Shown: positions 1 through 12,633 of the stretch, piece after piece
How positions within the stretch are numbered: the first letter of the stretch is position 1
Layout of the letters: each line of letters opens with the position of its first letter
Assembly: GCA_964057225.1 (NCBI GenBank)
Contig: OZ059894.1
Location: 2,418,001 to 2,482,000, forward strand
From: Auanema rhodensis
Taxonomy: Eukaryota; Animalia; Nematoda
Reading direction: 5' to 3'
DNA: 64,000 nucleotides
Program-made: the position numbers and the translations under genes
Notes under the pieces: model-generated
What the model saw: only the letters and a program-made list of their open reading frames with translations
The model's database searches: none
What the model was told of the DNA's origin: nothing

Positions 1-3000
1 TTGACAAAAATTTTTTCGAAAAATTTCAAAATAATTTAGCGAAAAGTAGATGTTTTTAGATTCCTTTTTTCAAGGCAAAGACGATGGACATTGTTATTCA
101 ACGAAAAAATCAATTCTTCAGGGTGAAAATCGAGGATCTAAGTGTGAACTTATATCAGTTGATATCTCGGTGCATTTTTAAGCTAGCGCAAATCTGATAA
201 CACAGATCGACGCAGCTTAAAAATCCGCATCGAATGCACTATACTACATTGAGAAACGCTCAATACAAAATGTAGTTATGATCGTTTGAAAAATGATGCA
301 TTAGTGTATGTTGAGTTTCCATGTACACTCAACATTGCTTCCAAAAACATTTTGACAAAAATTTTTTCGAAAAATTTCAAAATAATTTAGCAAGAAGTAG
401 ATGTTTTTAGATTCCTTTTTTCAAGGCAAAGACGATGGACAATGTTATTCAACGAAAAAATAATTTCTTCAGGGTGAAAATCGAGGATATAAGTGTGAAC
501 TTATATCAGTTGATATCTCGGTGCATTTTTAAGCTAGCGCAAATCTGATAACACAGATCGACGCAGCTTAAAAATCCGCATCGAATGCACTATACTACAT
601 TGAGGAACGCTTAATACAAAAATTAGTTATGATCGTTTGAAAAATAATGCATTAGTGTATGTTGAGTTTCCATGTACACTCAACATAGCTTCCAAAAACA
701 TTTTGACAAAAATTTTTTCGAAAAATTTCAAAATAATTTAGCGAAAAGTAGATGTTTTTAGATTCCTTTTTCAAGGCAAAGACGATGGACAATGTTATTC
801 AACGAAAAAATTAATTCTTCAGGGTGAAAATCGAGGATATAAGTGTGAACTTATATCAGTTGATATCTCGGTGCATTTTTAAGCTAGCGCAAATCTGATA
901 ACACAGATCGACGCAGCTTGAAAATCCGCATCGAATGCACTATACTACATTGAGAAACGCTTAATACAAAAATTAGTTATGATTGTTTGAAAAATGATGC
1001 ATTAGTGTATGTTGAGTTTCCATGTACGCTCAACATTGCTTCCAAAAACATTTTGACAAAAATTTTTTCGAAAAATTTCAAAATAATTTAGCAAAAAGTA
1101 GATGTTTTTAGATTCCTTTTTTCAAGGCAAAGACGATGGACAATGTTATTCAACGAAAAAATTAATTCTTCAGGGTGAAAATCGAGGATATAAGTGTGAA
1201 CTTATATCAGTTGAGATCTCGGTGCATTTTTAAGCTAGCGCAAATCTGATAACACAGATCGACGCAGCTTAAAAATCCGCATCGAATGCACTATACTACA
1301 TTGAAGAACGCTTAATACAAAAATTAGTTATGATCGTTTGAAAAATAATGCATTAGTGTATGTTGAGTTTCCATGTACGCTCAACATTGCTTCCAAAAAC
1401 ATTTTGACAAAAATTTTTTCGAAAAATTTCGAAATAATTTAGCAAAAAGTAGATGTTTTTAGATTCCTTTTTTCAAGGCAAAGACGATGGACAATGTTAT
1501 TCAACGAAAAAATTAATTCTTCAGGGTGAAAATCGAGGATATAAGTGTGAACTTATATCAGTTGAGATCTCGGTGCATTTTTAAGCTAGCGCAAATCTGA
1601 TAACACAGATCGACGCAGCTTAAAAATCCGCATCGAATGCACTATACTACATTGAGAAACGCTCAATACAAAATGTAGTTATGATCGTTTGAAAAATGAT
1701 GCATTAGTGTATGTTGAGTTTCCATGTACACTCAACATTGCTTCCAAAAACATTTTGACAAAAATTTTTTCGAAAAATTTCAAAATAATTTAGCAAGAAG
1801 TAGATGTTTTTAGATTCCTTTTTTCAAGGCAAAGACGATGGACAATGTTATTCAACGAAAAAATAATTTCTTCAGGGTGAAAATCGAGGATATAAGTGTG
1901 AACTTATATCAGTTGATATCTCGGTGCATTTTTAAGCTAGCGCAAATCTGATAACACAGATCGACGCAGCTTAAAAATCCGCATCGAATGCACTATACTA
2001 CATTGAGGAACGCTCAATACAAAATGTAGTTATGATCGTTTGAAAAATGATGCATTAGTGTATGTTGAGTTTCCATGTACACTCAACATTGCTTCCAAAA
2101 ACATTTTGACAAAAATTTTTTCGAAAAATTTCAAAATAATTTAGCAAGAAGTAGATGTTTTTAGATTCCTTTTTTCAAGGCAAAGACGATGGACAATGTT
2201 ATTCAACGAAAAAATAATTTCTTCAGGGTGAAAATCGAGGATATAAGTGTGAACTTATATCAGTTGATATCTCGGTGCATTTTTAAGCTAGCGCAAATCT
2301 GATAACACAGATCGACGCAGCTTAAAAATCCGCATCGAATGCACTATACTACATTGAGGAACGCTTAATACAAAAATTAGTTATGATCGTTTGAAAAATA
2401 ATGCATTAGTGTATGTTGAGTTTCCATGTACACTCAACATAGCTTCCAAAAACATTTTGACAAAAATTTTTTCGAAAAATTTCAAAATAATTTAGCGAAA
2501 AGTAGATGTTTTTAGATTCCTTTTTTCAAGGCAAAGACGATGGACATTGTTATTCAACGAAAAAATCAATTCTTCAGGGTGAAAATCGAGGATCTAAGTG
2601 TGAACTTATATCAGTTGATATCTCGGTGCATTTTTAAGCTAGCGCAAATCTGATAACACAGATCGACGCAGCTTAAAAATCCGCATCGAATGCACTATAC
2701 TACATTGAAGAACGCTTAATACAAAAATTAGTTATGATCGTTTGAAAAATAATGCATTAGTGTATGTTGAGTTTCCATGTACACTCAACATAGCTTCCAA
2801 AAACATTTTGACAAAAATTTTTTCGAAAAATTTCAAAATAATTTAGCGAAAAGTAGATGTTTTTAGATTCCTTTTTTCAAGGCAAAGACGATGGACATTG
2901 TTATTCAACGAAAAAATCAATTCTTCAGGGTGAAAATCGAGGATCTAAGTGTGAACTTATATCAGTTGATATCTCGGTGCATTTTTAAGCTAGCGCAAAT

Positions 3001-5263
3001 CTGATAACACAGATCGACGCAGCTTAAAAATCCGCATCGAATGCACTATACTACATTGAGAAACGCTCAATACAAAATGTAGTTATGATCGTTTGAAAAA
3101 TGATGCATTAGTGTATGTTGAGTTTCCATGTACACTCAACATTGCTTCCAAAAACATTTTGACAAAAATTTTTTCGAAAAATTTCAAAATAATTTAGCAA
3201 GAAGTAGATGTTTTTAGATTCCTTTTTTCAAGGCAAAGACGATGGACAATGTTATTCAACGAAAAAATAATTTCTTCAGGGTGAAAATCGAGGATATAAG
3301 TGTGAACTTATATCAGTTGATATCTCGGTGCATTTTTAAGCTAGCGCAAATCTGATAACACAGATCGACGCAGCTTAAAAATCCGCATCGAATGCACTAT
3401 ACTACATTGAGGAACGCTTAATACAAAAATTAGTTATGATCGTTTGAAAAATAATGCATTAGTGTATGTTGAGTTTCCATGTACACTCAACATAGCTTCC
3501 AAAAACATTTTGACAAAAATTTTTTCGAAAAATTTCAAAATAATTTAGCGAAAAGTAGATGTTTTTAGATTCCTTTTTCAAGGCAAAGACGATGGACAAT
3601 GTTATTCAACGAAAAAATTAATTCTTCAGGGTGAAAATCGAGGATATAAGTGTGAACTTATATCAGTTGATATCTCGGTGCATTTTTAAGCTAGCGCAAA
3701 TCTGATAACACAGATCGACGCAGCTTGAAAATCCGCATCGAATGCACTATACTACATTGAGAAACGCTTAATACAAAAATTAGTTATGATTGTTTGAAAA
3801 ATGATGCATTAGTGTATGTTGAGTTTCCATGTACGCTCAACATTGCTTCCAAAAACATTTTGACAAAAATTTTTTCGAAAAATTTCAAAATAATTTAGCA
3901 AAAAGTAGATGTTTTTAGATTCCTTTTTTCAAGGCAAAGACGATGGACAATGTTATTCAACGAAAAAATTAATTCTTCAGGGTGAAAATCGAGGATATAA
4001 GTGTGAACTTATATCAGTTGAGATCTCGGTGCATTTTTAAGCTAGCGCAAATCTGATAACACAGATCGACGCAGCTTAAAAATCCGCATCGAATGCACTA
4101 TACTACATTGAAGAACGCTTAATACAAAAATTAGTTATGATCGTTTGAAAAATAATGCATTAGTGTATGTTGAGTTTCCATGTACGCTCAACATTGCTTC
4201 CAAAAACATTTTGACAAAAATTTTTTCGAAAAATTTCGAAATAATTTAGCAAAAAGTAGATGTTTTTAGATTCCTTTTTTCAAGGCAAAGACGATGGACA
4301 ATGTTATTCAACGAAAAAATTAATTCTTCAGGGTGAAAATCGAGGATATAAGTGTGAACTTATATCAGTTGAGATCTCGGTGCATTTTTAAGCTAGCGCA
4401 AATCTGATAACACAGATCGACGCAGCTTAAAAATCCGCATCGAATGCACTATACTACATTGAGAAACGCTCAATACAAAATGTAGTTATGATCGTTTGAA
4501 AAATGATGCATTAGTGTATGTTGAGTTTCCATGTACACTCAACATTGCTTCCAAAAACATTTTGACAAAAATTTTTTCGAAAAATTTCAAAATAATTTAG
4601 CAAGAAGTAGATGTTTTTAGATTCCTTTTTTCAAGGCAAAGACGATGGACAATGTTATTCAACGAAAAAATAATTTCTTCAGGGTGAAAATCGAGGATAT
4701 AAGTGTGAACTTATATCAGTTGATATCTCGGTGCATTTTTAAGCTAGCGCAAATCTGATAACACAGATCGACGCAGCTTAAAAATCCGCATCGAATGCAC
4801 TATACTACATTGAGGAACGCTCAATACAAAATGTAGTTATGATCGTTTGAAAAATGATGCATTAGTGTATGTTGAGTTTCCATGTACACTCAACATTGCT
4901 TCCAAAAACATTTTGACAAAAATTTTTTCGAAAAATTTCAAAATAATTTAGCAAGAAGTAGATGTTTTTAGATTCCTTTTTTCAAGGCAAAGACGATGGA
5001 CAATGTTATTCAACGAAAAAATAATTTCTTCAGGGTGAAAATCGAGGATATAAGTGTGAACTTATATCAGTTGATATCTCGGTGCATTTTTAAGCTAGCG
5101 CAAATCTGATAACACAGATCGACGCAGCTTAAAAATCCGCATCGAATGCACTATACTACATTGAGGAACGCTTAATACAAAAATTAGTTATGATCGTTTG
5201 AAAAATAATGCATTAGTGTATGTTGAGTTTCCATGTACACTCAACATAGCTTCCAAAAACATT
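1..5263. repeat. 8-monomer higher-order duplication (period 2807 bp)
   Basis: The variant order of monomers at 1-2456 is repeated at 2808-5263, including the 1-bp deletion monomer (703 vs 3510) and the GAGATCT and TTCGAAAT variants. Confidence 0.85.
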
Positions 5264-6799
5264 TTGACAAAAATTTTTTCGAAAAATTTCAAAATAATTT
5301 AGCGAAAAGTAGATGTTTTCAGATTCCTTTTTCAAGGCAAAGACGATGGACAATGTTATTCAACGAAAAAATTAATTCTTCAGGGTGAAAATCGAGGATA
5401 TAAGTGTGAACTTATATCAGTTGATATCTCGGTGCATTTTTAAGCTAGCGCAAATCTGATAACACAGATCGACGCAGCTTGAAAATCCGCATCGAATGCA
5501 CTATACTACATTGAGAAACGCTTAATACAAAAATTAGTTATGATTGTTTGAAAAATGATGCATTAGTGTATGTTGAGTTTCCATGTACGCTCAACATTGC
5601 TTCCAAAAACATTTTGACAAAAATTTTTTCGAAAAATTTCAAAATAATTTAGCAAAAAGTAGATGTTTTTAGATTCCTTTTTTCAAGGCAAAGACGATGG
5701 ACAATGTTATTCAACGAAAAAATTAATTCTTCAGGGTGAAAATCGAGGATATAAGTGTGAACTTATATCAGTTGAGATCTCGGTGCATTTTTAAGCTAGC
5801 GCAAATCTGATAACACAGATCGACGCAGCTTAAAAATCCGCATCGAATGCACTATACTACATTGAAGAACGCTTAATACAAAAATTAGTTATGATCGTTT
5901 GAAAAATAATGCATTAGTGTATGTTGAGTTTCCATGTACGCTCAACATTGCTTCCAAAAACATTTTGACAAAAATTTTTTCGAAAAATTTCAAAATAATT
6001 TAGCAAAAAGTAGATGTTTTTTGATTCCTTTTTTCAAGGCAAAGACGATGGACAATGTTATTCAACGAAAAAATTAATTCTTCAGGGTGAAAATCGAGGA
6101 TATAAGTGTGAACTTATATCAGTTGAGATCTCGGTGCATTTTTAAGCTAGCGCAAATCTGATAACACAGATCGACGCAGCTTAAAAATCCGCATCGAATG
6201 CACTATACCACATTGAAGAACGCTTAATACAAAAATTAGTTATGATCGTTTGAAAAATAATGCATTAGTGTATGTTGAGTTTCCATGTACACTCAACATA
6301 GCTTCCAAAAACATTTTGACAAAAATTTTTTCGAAAAATTTCAGAATAATTTAGCAAAAAGTAGATGTTTTTAGATTTCTTTTCTCAAGGCAAAGACGAT
6401 GGACAATGTTATTCAACGAAAAAATTAATTCTTCAGGGTGAAAATCGAGGATATAAGTGTGAACTTATATCAATTGATATCTCGGTGCATTTTTAAGCTA
6501 GCGCAAATCTGATAACACAGATCGACGCAGCTTGAAAATCCGCATCGAATGCACTATACTACATTGAGAAACGCTTAATACAAAAATTAGTTAAGATTGT
6601 TTGAAAAATGATGCATTAGTGTATGTTGAGTTTCCATGTACGCTCAACATTGCTTCCAAAAGCATTTTGACAAAAATTTTTTCGAAAAATTTCAAAATAA
6701 TTTAGCAAAAAGTAGATGTTTTTAGATTTCTTTTCTCAAGGCAAAGACGATGGACAATGTTATTCAACGAAAAAATTAATTCTTCAGGGTGAAAATCGA

Positions 6800-9700
6800 G
6801 GATATAAGTAAGAACATATATCAGTTGATATCTCGGTGCATTTTTAAGCTAGCGCAAATCTGATAACATAGACCGACGCAGCTTAAAAATCCGCATCGAA
6901 TGCACTATTCTACATTAAGAAACGCTCAATACAAAAATTAGTTATGATCGTTTGAAAAATGATGCATTAGTGTATGTTGAGTATCCATGTACAATCAACA
7001 TTGCTTCCAAAAACATTTTGACAAAAATTTTTTCGAAAAATTTCAAAATAATTTAGCAAAAAGTAGATGTTTTCAGATTTTTTTTTTCAAGGCAAAGACG
7101 ATGGACAATGTTATTCAACGAAAAAATTAATTCTTCAGGGTGAAAATCGAGGATATAAGTGTGAACTTATATCAGTTGATATCTCGGTGCATTTTTAAGC
7201 TAGCGCAAATCTGATAACACAGATCGACGCAGCTTAAAAATCCGCATCGAATGCACTATACTACATTGAAAAACGCTTAATAAAAAAATTAGTTATGATG
7301 GTTTGAAAAATGATGCATTAGTGTATATTGAGTTTCCATGTACACTCAACATTGCTTCCAAAAACATTTTGACAAAAATTTTTTCGAAAAATTTCAAAAT
7401 AATTTAGCAAAAAGTAGATGTTTTCAGATTTTTTTTTTCAAGGCAAAGACGATGGACAATGTTATTCAACGAAAAAATTAATTCTTCAGGGTGAAAATCG
7501 AGGATATAAGTGTGAACTTATATCAGTTGATATCTCGGTGCATTTTTAAGCTAGCGCAAATCTGATAACACAGATCGACGCAGCTTAAAAATCCGCATCG
7601 AATGCACTATACTACATTGAAAAACGCTTAATAAAAAAATTAGTTATGATGGTTTGAAAAATGATGCATTAGTGTATATTGAGTTTCCATGTACACTCAA
7701 CATTGCTTCCAAAAACATTTTGACAAAAATTTTTTCGAAAAATTTCAGAATAATTTAGCAAAAAGTAGATGTTTTTAGATTCCTTTTTTCAAGGCAAAGA
7801 CGATGGACATTGTTATTCAACGAAAAAATTAATTCTTCAGGGTGAAAATCGAGGATATAAGTAAGAACATCTATCAGTTGATATCTCGGTGCATTTTTAA
7901 GCTAGCGCAAATCTGATAACACAGATCGACGCAGCTTAAAAATCCGCATCAAATGCACTATACTACATTGAGAAACGTTCAATACAAAAATTAGTTATGA
8001 TCGTTTGAAAAATGATGAATTAGTGTATGTTGAGTTTCCATGTACACTCAACATTGCTTCCAAAAACATTTTGACAAAAATTTTTTCGAGAAATTTCAAA
8101 ATAATTTAGCAAAAAGTAGATGTTTTTAGATTCCTTTTTTCAAGGCGAAGACGATGGACATTGTTATTCAACGAAAAAATTAATTCTTCAGGGTGAAAAT
8201 CGAGGATATAAGTAAGAACATCTATCAGTTGATATCTCGGTGCATTTTTAAGCTAGCGCAAATCTGATAACACAGATCGACGCAGCTTAAAAATCCGCAT
8301 CAAATGCACTATACTACATTGAGAAACGCTCAATACAAAAATTAGTTATGATCGTTTGAAAAATGATGAATTAGTGTATGTTGAGTTTCCATGTACACTC
8401 AACATTGCTTCCAAAAACATTTTGACAAAAATTTTTTCGAGAAATTTCAAAATAATTTAGCAAAAAGTAGGTGTTTTTAGATTTCTTTGTTCAAGGCAAA
8501 GACGATGGACAATGTTATTCAACGAAAAAATTAATTCTTCAGGGTGAAAATCGAGGATATAAGTAAGAACATATATCAGTTGATATCTCGGTGCATTTTT
8601 AAGCTAGCGCAAATCTGATAACACAGACCGACGCAGCTTAAAAATCCGCATCGAATGCACTATTCTACATTAAGAAACGCTCAATACAAAAATTAGTTAT
8701 GATCGTTTGAAAAATGATGCATTAGTGTATGTTGAGTATCCATGTACAATCAACATTGCTTCCAAAAACATTTTGACAAAAATTTTTTCGAAAAATTTCA
8801 AAATAATTTAGCAAAAAGTAGATGTTTTCAGATTTTTTTTTTCAAGGCAAAGACGATGGACAATGTTATTCAACGAAAAAATTAATTCTTCAGGGTGAAA
8901 ATCGAGGATATAAGTGTGAACTTATATCAGTTGATATCTCGGTGCATTTTTAAGCTAGCGCAAATCTGATAACACAGATCGACGCAGCTTAAAAATCCGC
9001 ATCGAATGCACTATACTACATTGAAAAACGCTTAATAAAAAAATTAGTTATGATGGTTTGAAAAATGATGCATTAGTGTATATTGAGTTTCCATGTACAC
9101 TCAACATTGCTTCCAAAAACATTTTGACAAAAATTTTTTCGAAAAATTTCAAAATAATTTAGCAAAAAGTAGATGTTTTCAGATTTTTTTTTTCAAGGCA
9201 AAGACGATGGACAATGTTATTCAACGAAAAAATTAATTCTTCAGGGTGAAAATCGAGGATATAAGTGTGAACTTATATCAGTTGATATCTCGGTGCATTT
9301 TTAAGCTAGCGCAAATCTGATAACACAGATCGACGCAGCTTAAAAATCCGCATCGAATGCACTATACTACATTGAAAAACGCTTAATAAAAAAATTAGTT
9401 ATGATGGTTTGAAAAATGATGCATTAGTGTATATTGAGTTTCCATGTACACTCAACATTGCTTCCAAAAACATTTTGACAAAAATTTTTTCGAAAAATTT
9501 CAGAATAATTTAGCAAAAAGTAGATGTTTTTAGATTCCTTTTTTCAAGGCAAAGACGATGGACATTGTTATTCAACGAAAAAATTAATTCTTCAGGGTGA
9601 AAATCGAGGATATAAGTAAGAACATCTATCAGTTGATATCTCGGTGCATTTTTAAGCTAGCGCAAATCTGATAACACAGATCGACGCAGCTTAAAAATCC

Positions 9701-12630
9701 GCATCAAATGCACTATACTACATTGAGAAACGTTCAATACAAAAATTAGTTATGATCGTTTGAAAAATGATGAATTAGTGTATGTTGAGTTTCCATGTAC
9801 ACTCAACATTGCTTCCAAAAACATTTTGACAAAAATTTTTTCGAGAAATTTCAAAATAATTTAGCAAAAAGTAGATGTTTTTAGATTCCTTTTTTCAAGG
9901 CGAAGACGATGGACATTGTTATTCAACGAAAAAATTAATTCTTCAGGGTGAAAATCGAGGATATAAGTAAGAACATCTATCAGTTGATATCTCGGTGCAT
10001 TTTTAAGCTAGCGCAAATCTGATAACACAGATCGACGCAGCTTAAAAATCCGCATCAAATGCACTATACTACATTGAGAAACGCTCAATACAAAAATTAG
10101 TTATGATCGTTTGAAAAATGATGAATTAGTGTATGTTGAGTTTCCATGTACACTCAACATTGCTTCCAAAAACATTTTGACAAAAATTTTTTCGAGAAAT
10201 TTCAAAATAATTTAGCAAAAAGTAGGTGTTTTTAGATTTCTTTGTTCAAGGCGAAGACGATGGACATTGTTATTCAACGAAAAAATTAATTCTTCAGGGT
10301 GAAAATCGAGGATATAAGTGTGAACATATATCAGTTGATATCTCGGTGCATTTTTAAGCTAGCGCAAATCTGATAACACAGATCGACGCAGCTTAAAAAT
10401 CCGCATCGAATGCACTATACTACATTGAGAAACGCTTAATACAAAAATTAGTTATGATCGTTTGAAAAATGATGCATTAGTGTATGTTGAGTTTCCATGT
10501 ACACTCAACATTGCTTCCAAAAACATTTTGACAAAAATTTTTTCGAAAAATTTCAAAATAATTTAGCAAAAAGTAGATGTTTTCAGATTTTTTTTTTCAA
10601 GGCAAAGACGATGGACAATGTTATTCAACGAAAAAATTAATTCTTCAGGGTGAAAATCGAGGATATAAGTGTGAACTTATATCAGTTGATATCTCGGTGC
10701 ATTTTTAAGCTAGCGCAAATCTGATAACACAGATCGACGCAGCTTAAAAATCCGCATCGAATGCACTATACTACATTGAAAAACGCTTAATAAAAAAATT
10801 AGTTATGATGGTTTGAAAAATGATGCATTAGTGTATATTGAGTTTCCATGTACACTCAACATTGCTTCCAAAAACATTTTGACAAAAATTTTTTCGAAAA
10901 ATTTCAGAATAATTTAGCAAAAAGTAGATGTTTTTAGATTCCTTTTTTCAAGGCAAAGACGATGGACATTGTTCTTCAACGAAAAAATTAATTCTTCAGG
11001 GTGAAAATCGAGGATATAAGTAAGAACATCTATCAGTTGATATCTCGGTGCATTTTTAAGCTAGCGCAAATCTGATAACACAGATCGACGCAGCTTAAAA
11101 ATCCGCATCAAATGCACTATACTACATTGAGAAACGTTCAATACAAAAATTAGTTATGATCGTTTGAAAAATGATGAATTAGTGTATGTTGAGTTTCCAT
11201 GTACACTCAACATTGCTTCCAAAAACATTTTGACAAAAATTTTTTCGAGAAATTTCAAAATAATTTAGCAAAAAGTAGATGTTTTTAGATTCCTTTTTTC
11301 AAGGCGAAGACGATGGACATTGTTATTCAACGAAAAAATTAATTCTTCAGGGTGAAAATCGAGGATATAAGTAAGAACATCTATCAGTTGATATCTCGGT
11401 GCATTTTTAAGCTAGCGCAAATCTGATAACACAGATCGACGCAGCTTAAAAATCCGCATCAAATGCACTATACTACATTGAGAAACGCTCAATACAAAAA
11501 TTAGTTATGATCGTTTGAAAAATGATGAATTAGTGTATGTTGAGTTTCCATGTACACTCAACATTGCTTCCAAAAACATTTTGACAAAAATTTTTTCGAG
11601 AAATTTCAAAATAATTTAGCAAAAAGTAGGTGTTTTTAGATTTCTTTGTTCAAGGCGAAGACGATGGACATTGTTATTCAACGAAAAAATTAATTCTTCA
11701 GGGTGAAAATCGAGGATATAAGTGTGAACATATATCAGTTGATATCTCGGTGCATTTTTAAGCTAGCGCAAATCTGATAACACAGATCGACGCAGCTTAA
11801 AAATCCGCATCGAATGCACTATACTACATTGAGAAACGCTTAATACAAAAATTAGTTATGATCGTTTGAAAAATGATGCATTAGTGTATGTTGAGTTTCC
11901 ATGTACACTCAACATTGCTTCCAAAAACATTTTGACAAAAATTTTTTCGAAAAATTTCAAAATAATTTAGCAAAAAGTAGATGTTTTCAGATTTTTTTTT
12001 TCAAGGCAAAGACGATGGACAATGTTATTCAACGAAAAAATTAATTCTTCAGGGTGAAAATCGAGGATATAAGTGTGAACTTATATCAGTTGATATCTCG
12101 GTGCATTTTTAAGCTAGCGCAAATCTGATAACACAGATCGACGCAGCTTAAAAATCCGCATCGAATGCACTATACTACATTGAAAAACGCTTAATAAAAA
12201 AATTAGTTATGATGGTTTGAAAAATGATGCATTAGTGTATATTGAGTTTCCATGTACACTCAACATTGCTTCCAAAAACATTTTGACAAAAATTTTTTCG
12301 AAAAATTTCAGAATAATTTAGCAAAAAGTAGATGTTTTTAGATTCCTTTTTTCAAGGCAAAGACGATGGACATTGTTATTCAACGAAAAAATTAATTCTT
12401 CAGGGTGAAAATCGAGGATATAAGTAAGAACATCTATCAGTTGATATCTCGGTGCATTTTTAAGCTAGCGCAAATCTGATAACACAGATCGACGCAGCTT
12501 AAAAATCCGCATCAAATGCACTATACTACATTGAGAAACGTTCAATACAAAAATTAGTTATGATCGTTTGAAAAATGATGAATTAGTGTATGTTGAGTTT
12601 CCATGTACACTCAACATTGCTTCCAAAAAC
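6800..12630. repeat. 5-mer (1755 bp) followed by 4-mer (1404 bp) higher-order duplications
   Basis: The private variants ATTAAGAA and GAGTATCC occur at ~6915/6983 and ~8670/8738. The GTAGGTG/TTTCTTTGTT monomer occurs at 8422, 10177 and 11581. Confidence 0.75.
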
Positions 12631-12633
12631 ATT

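Noticed and set aside
90-106. CENP-B box-like sequence (minus strand TTCGTTGAATAAC)
   Set aside because: Only the TTCG half matches. The essential CGGG half of the 17-bp box is absent.
68-121. Possible satellite-encoded hammerhead ribozyme (minus-strand CTGAAGA at 121-115, GAAA at 71-68; plus-strand CTGATAA at 194-200)
   Set aside because: No stem II can form between CUGAAGA and GAAA, and I found no stem I/III with an NUH site. The plus-strand motif does not match CUGANGA. An Infernal/Rfam search would settle it.
1-351. Monomer as an ancient dimer of ~175-bp subunits
   Set aside because: Only weak similarity is visible by eye (GTTAT...GAAAAAT at ~93 and ~275), with no convincing half-to-half alignment. 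A self dot-plot would be needed.
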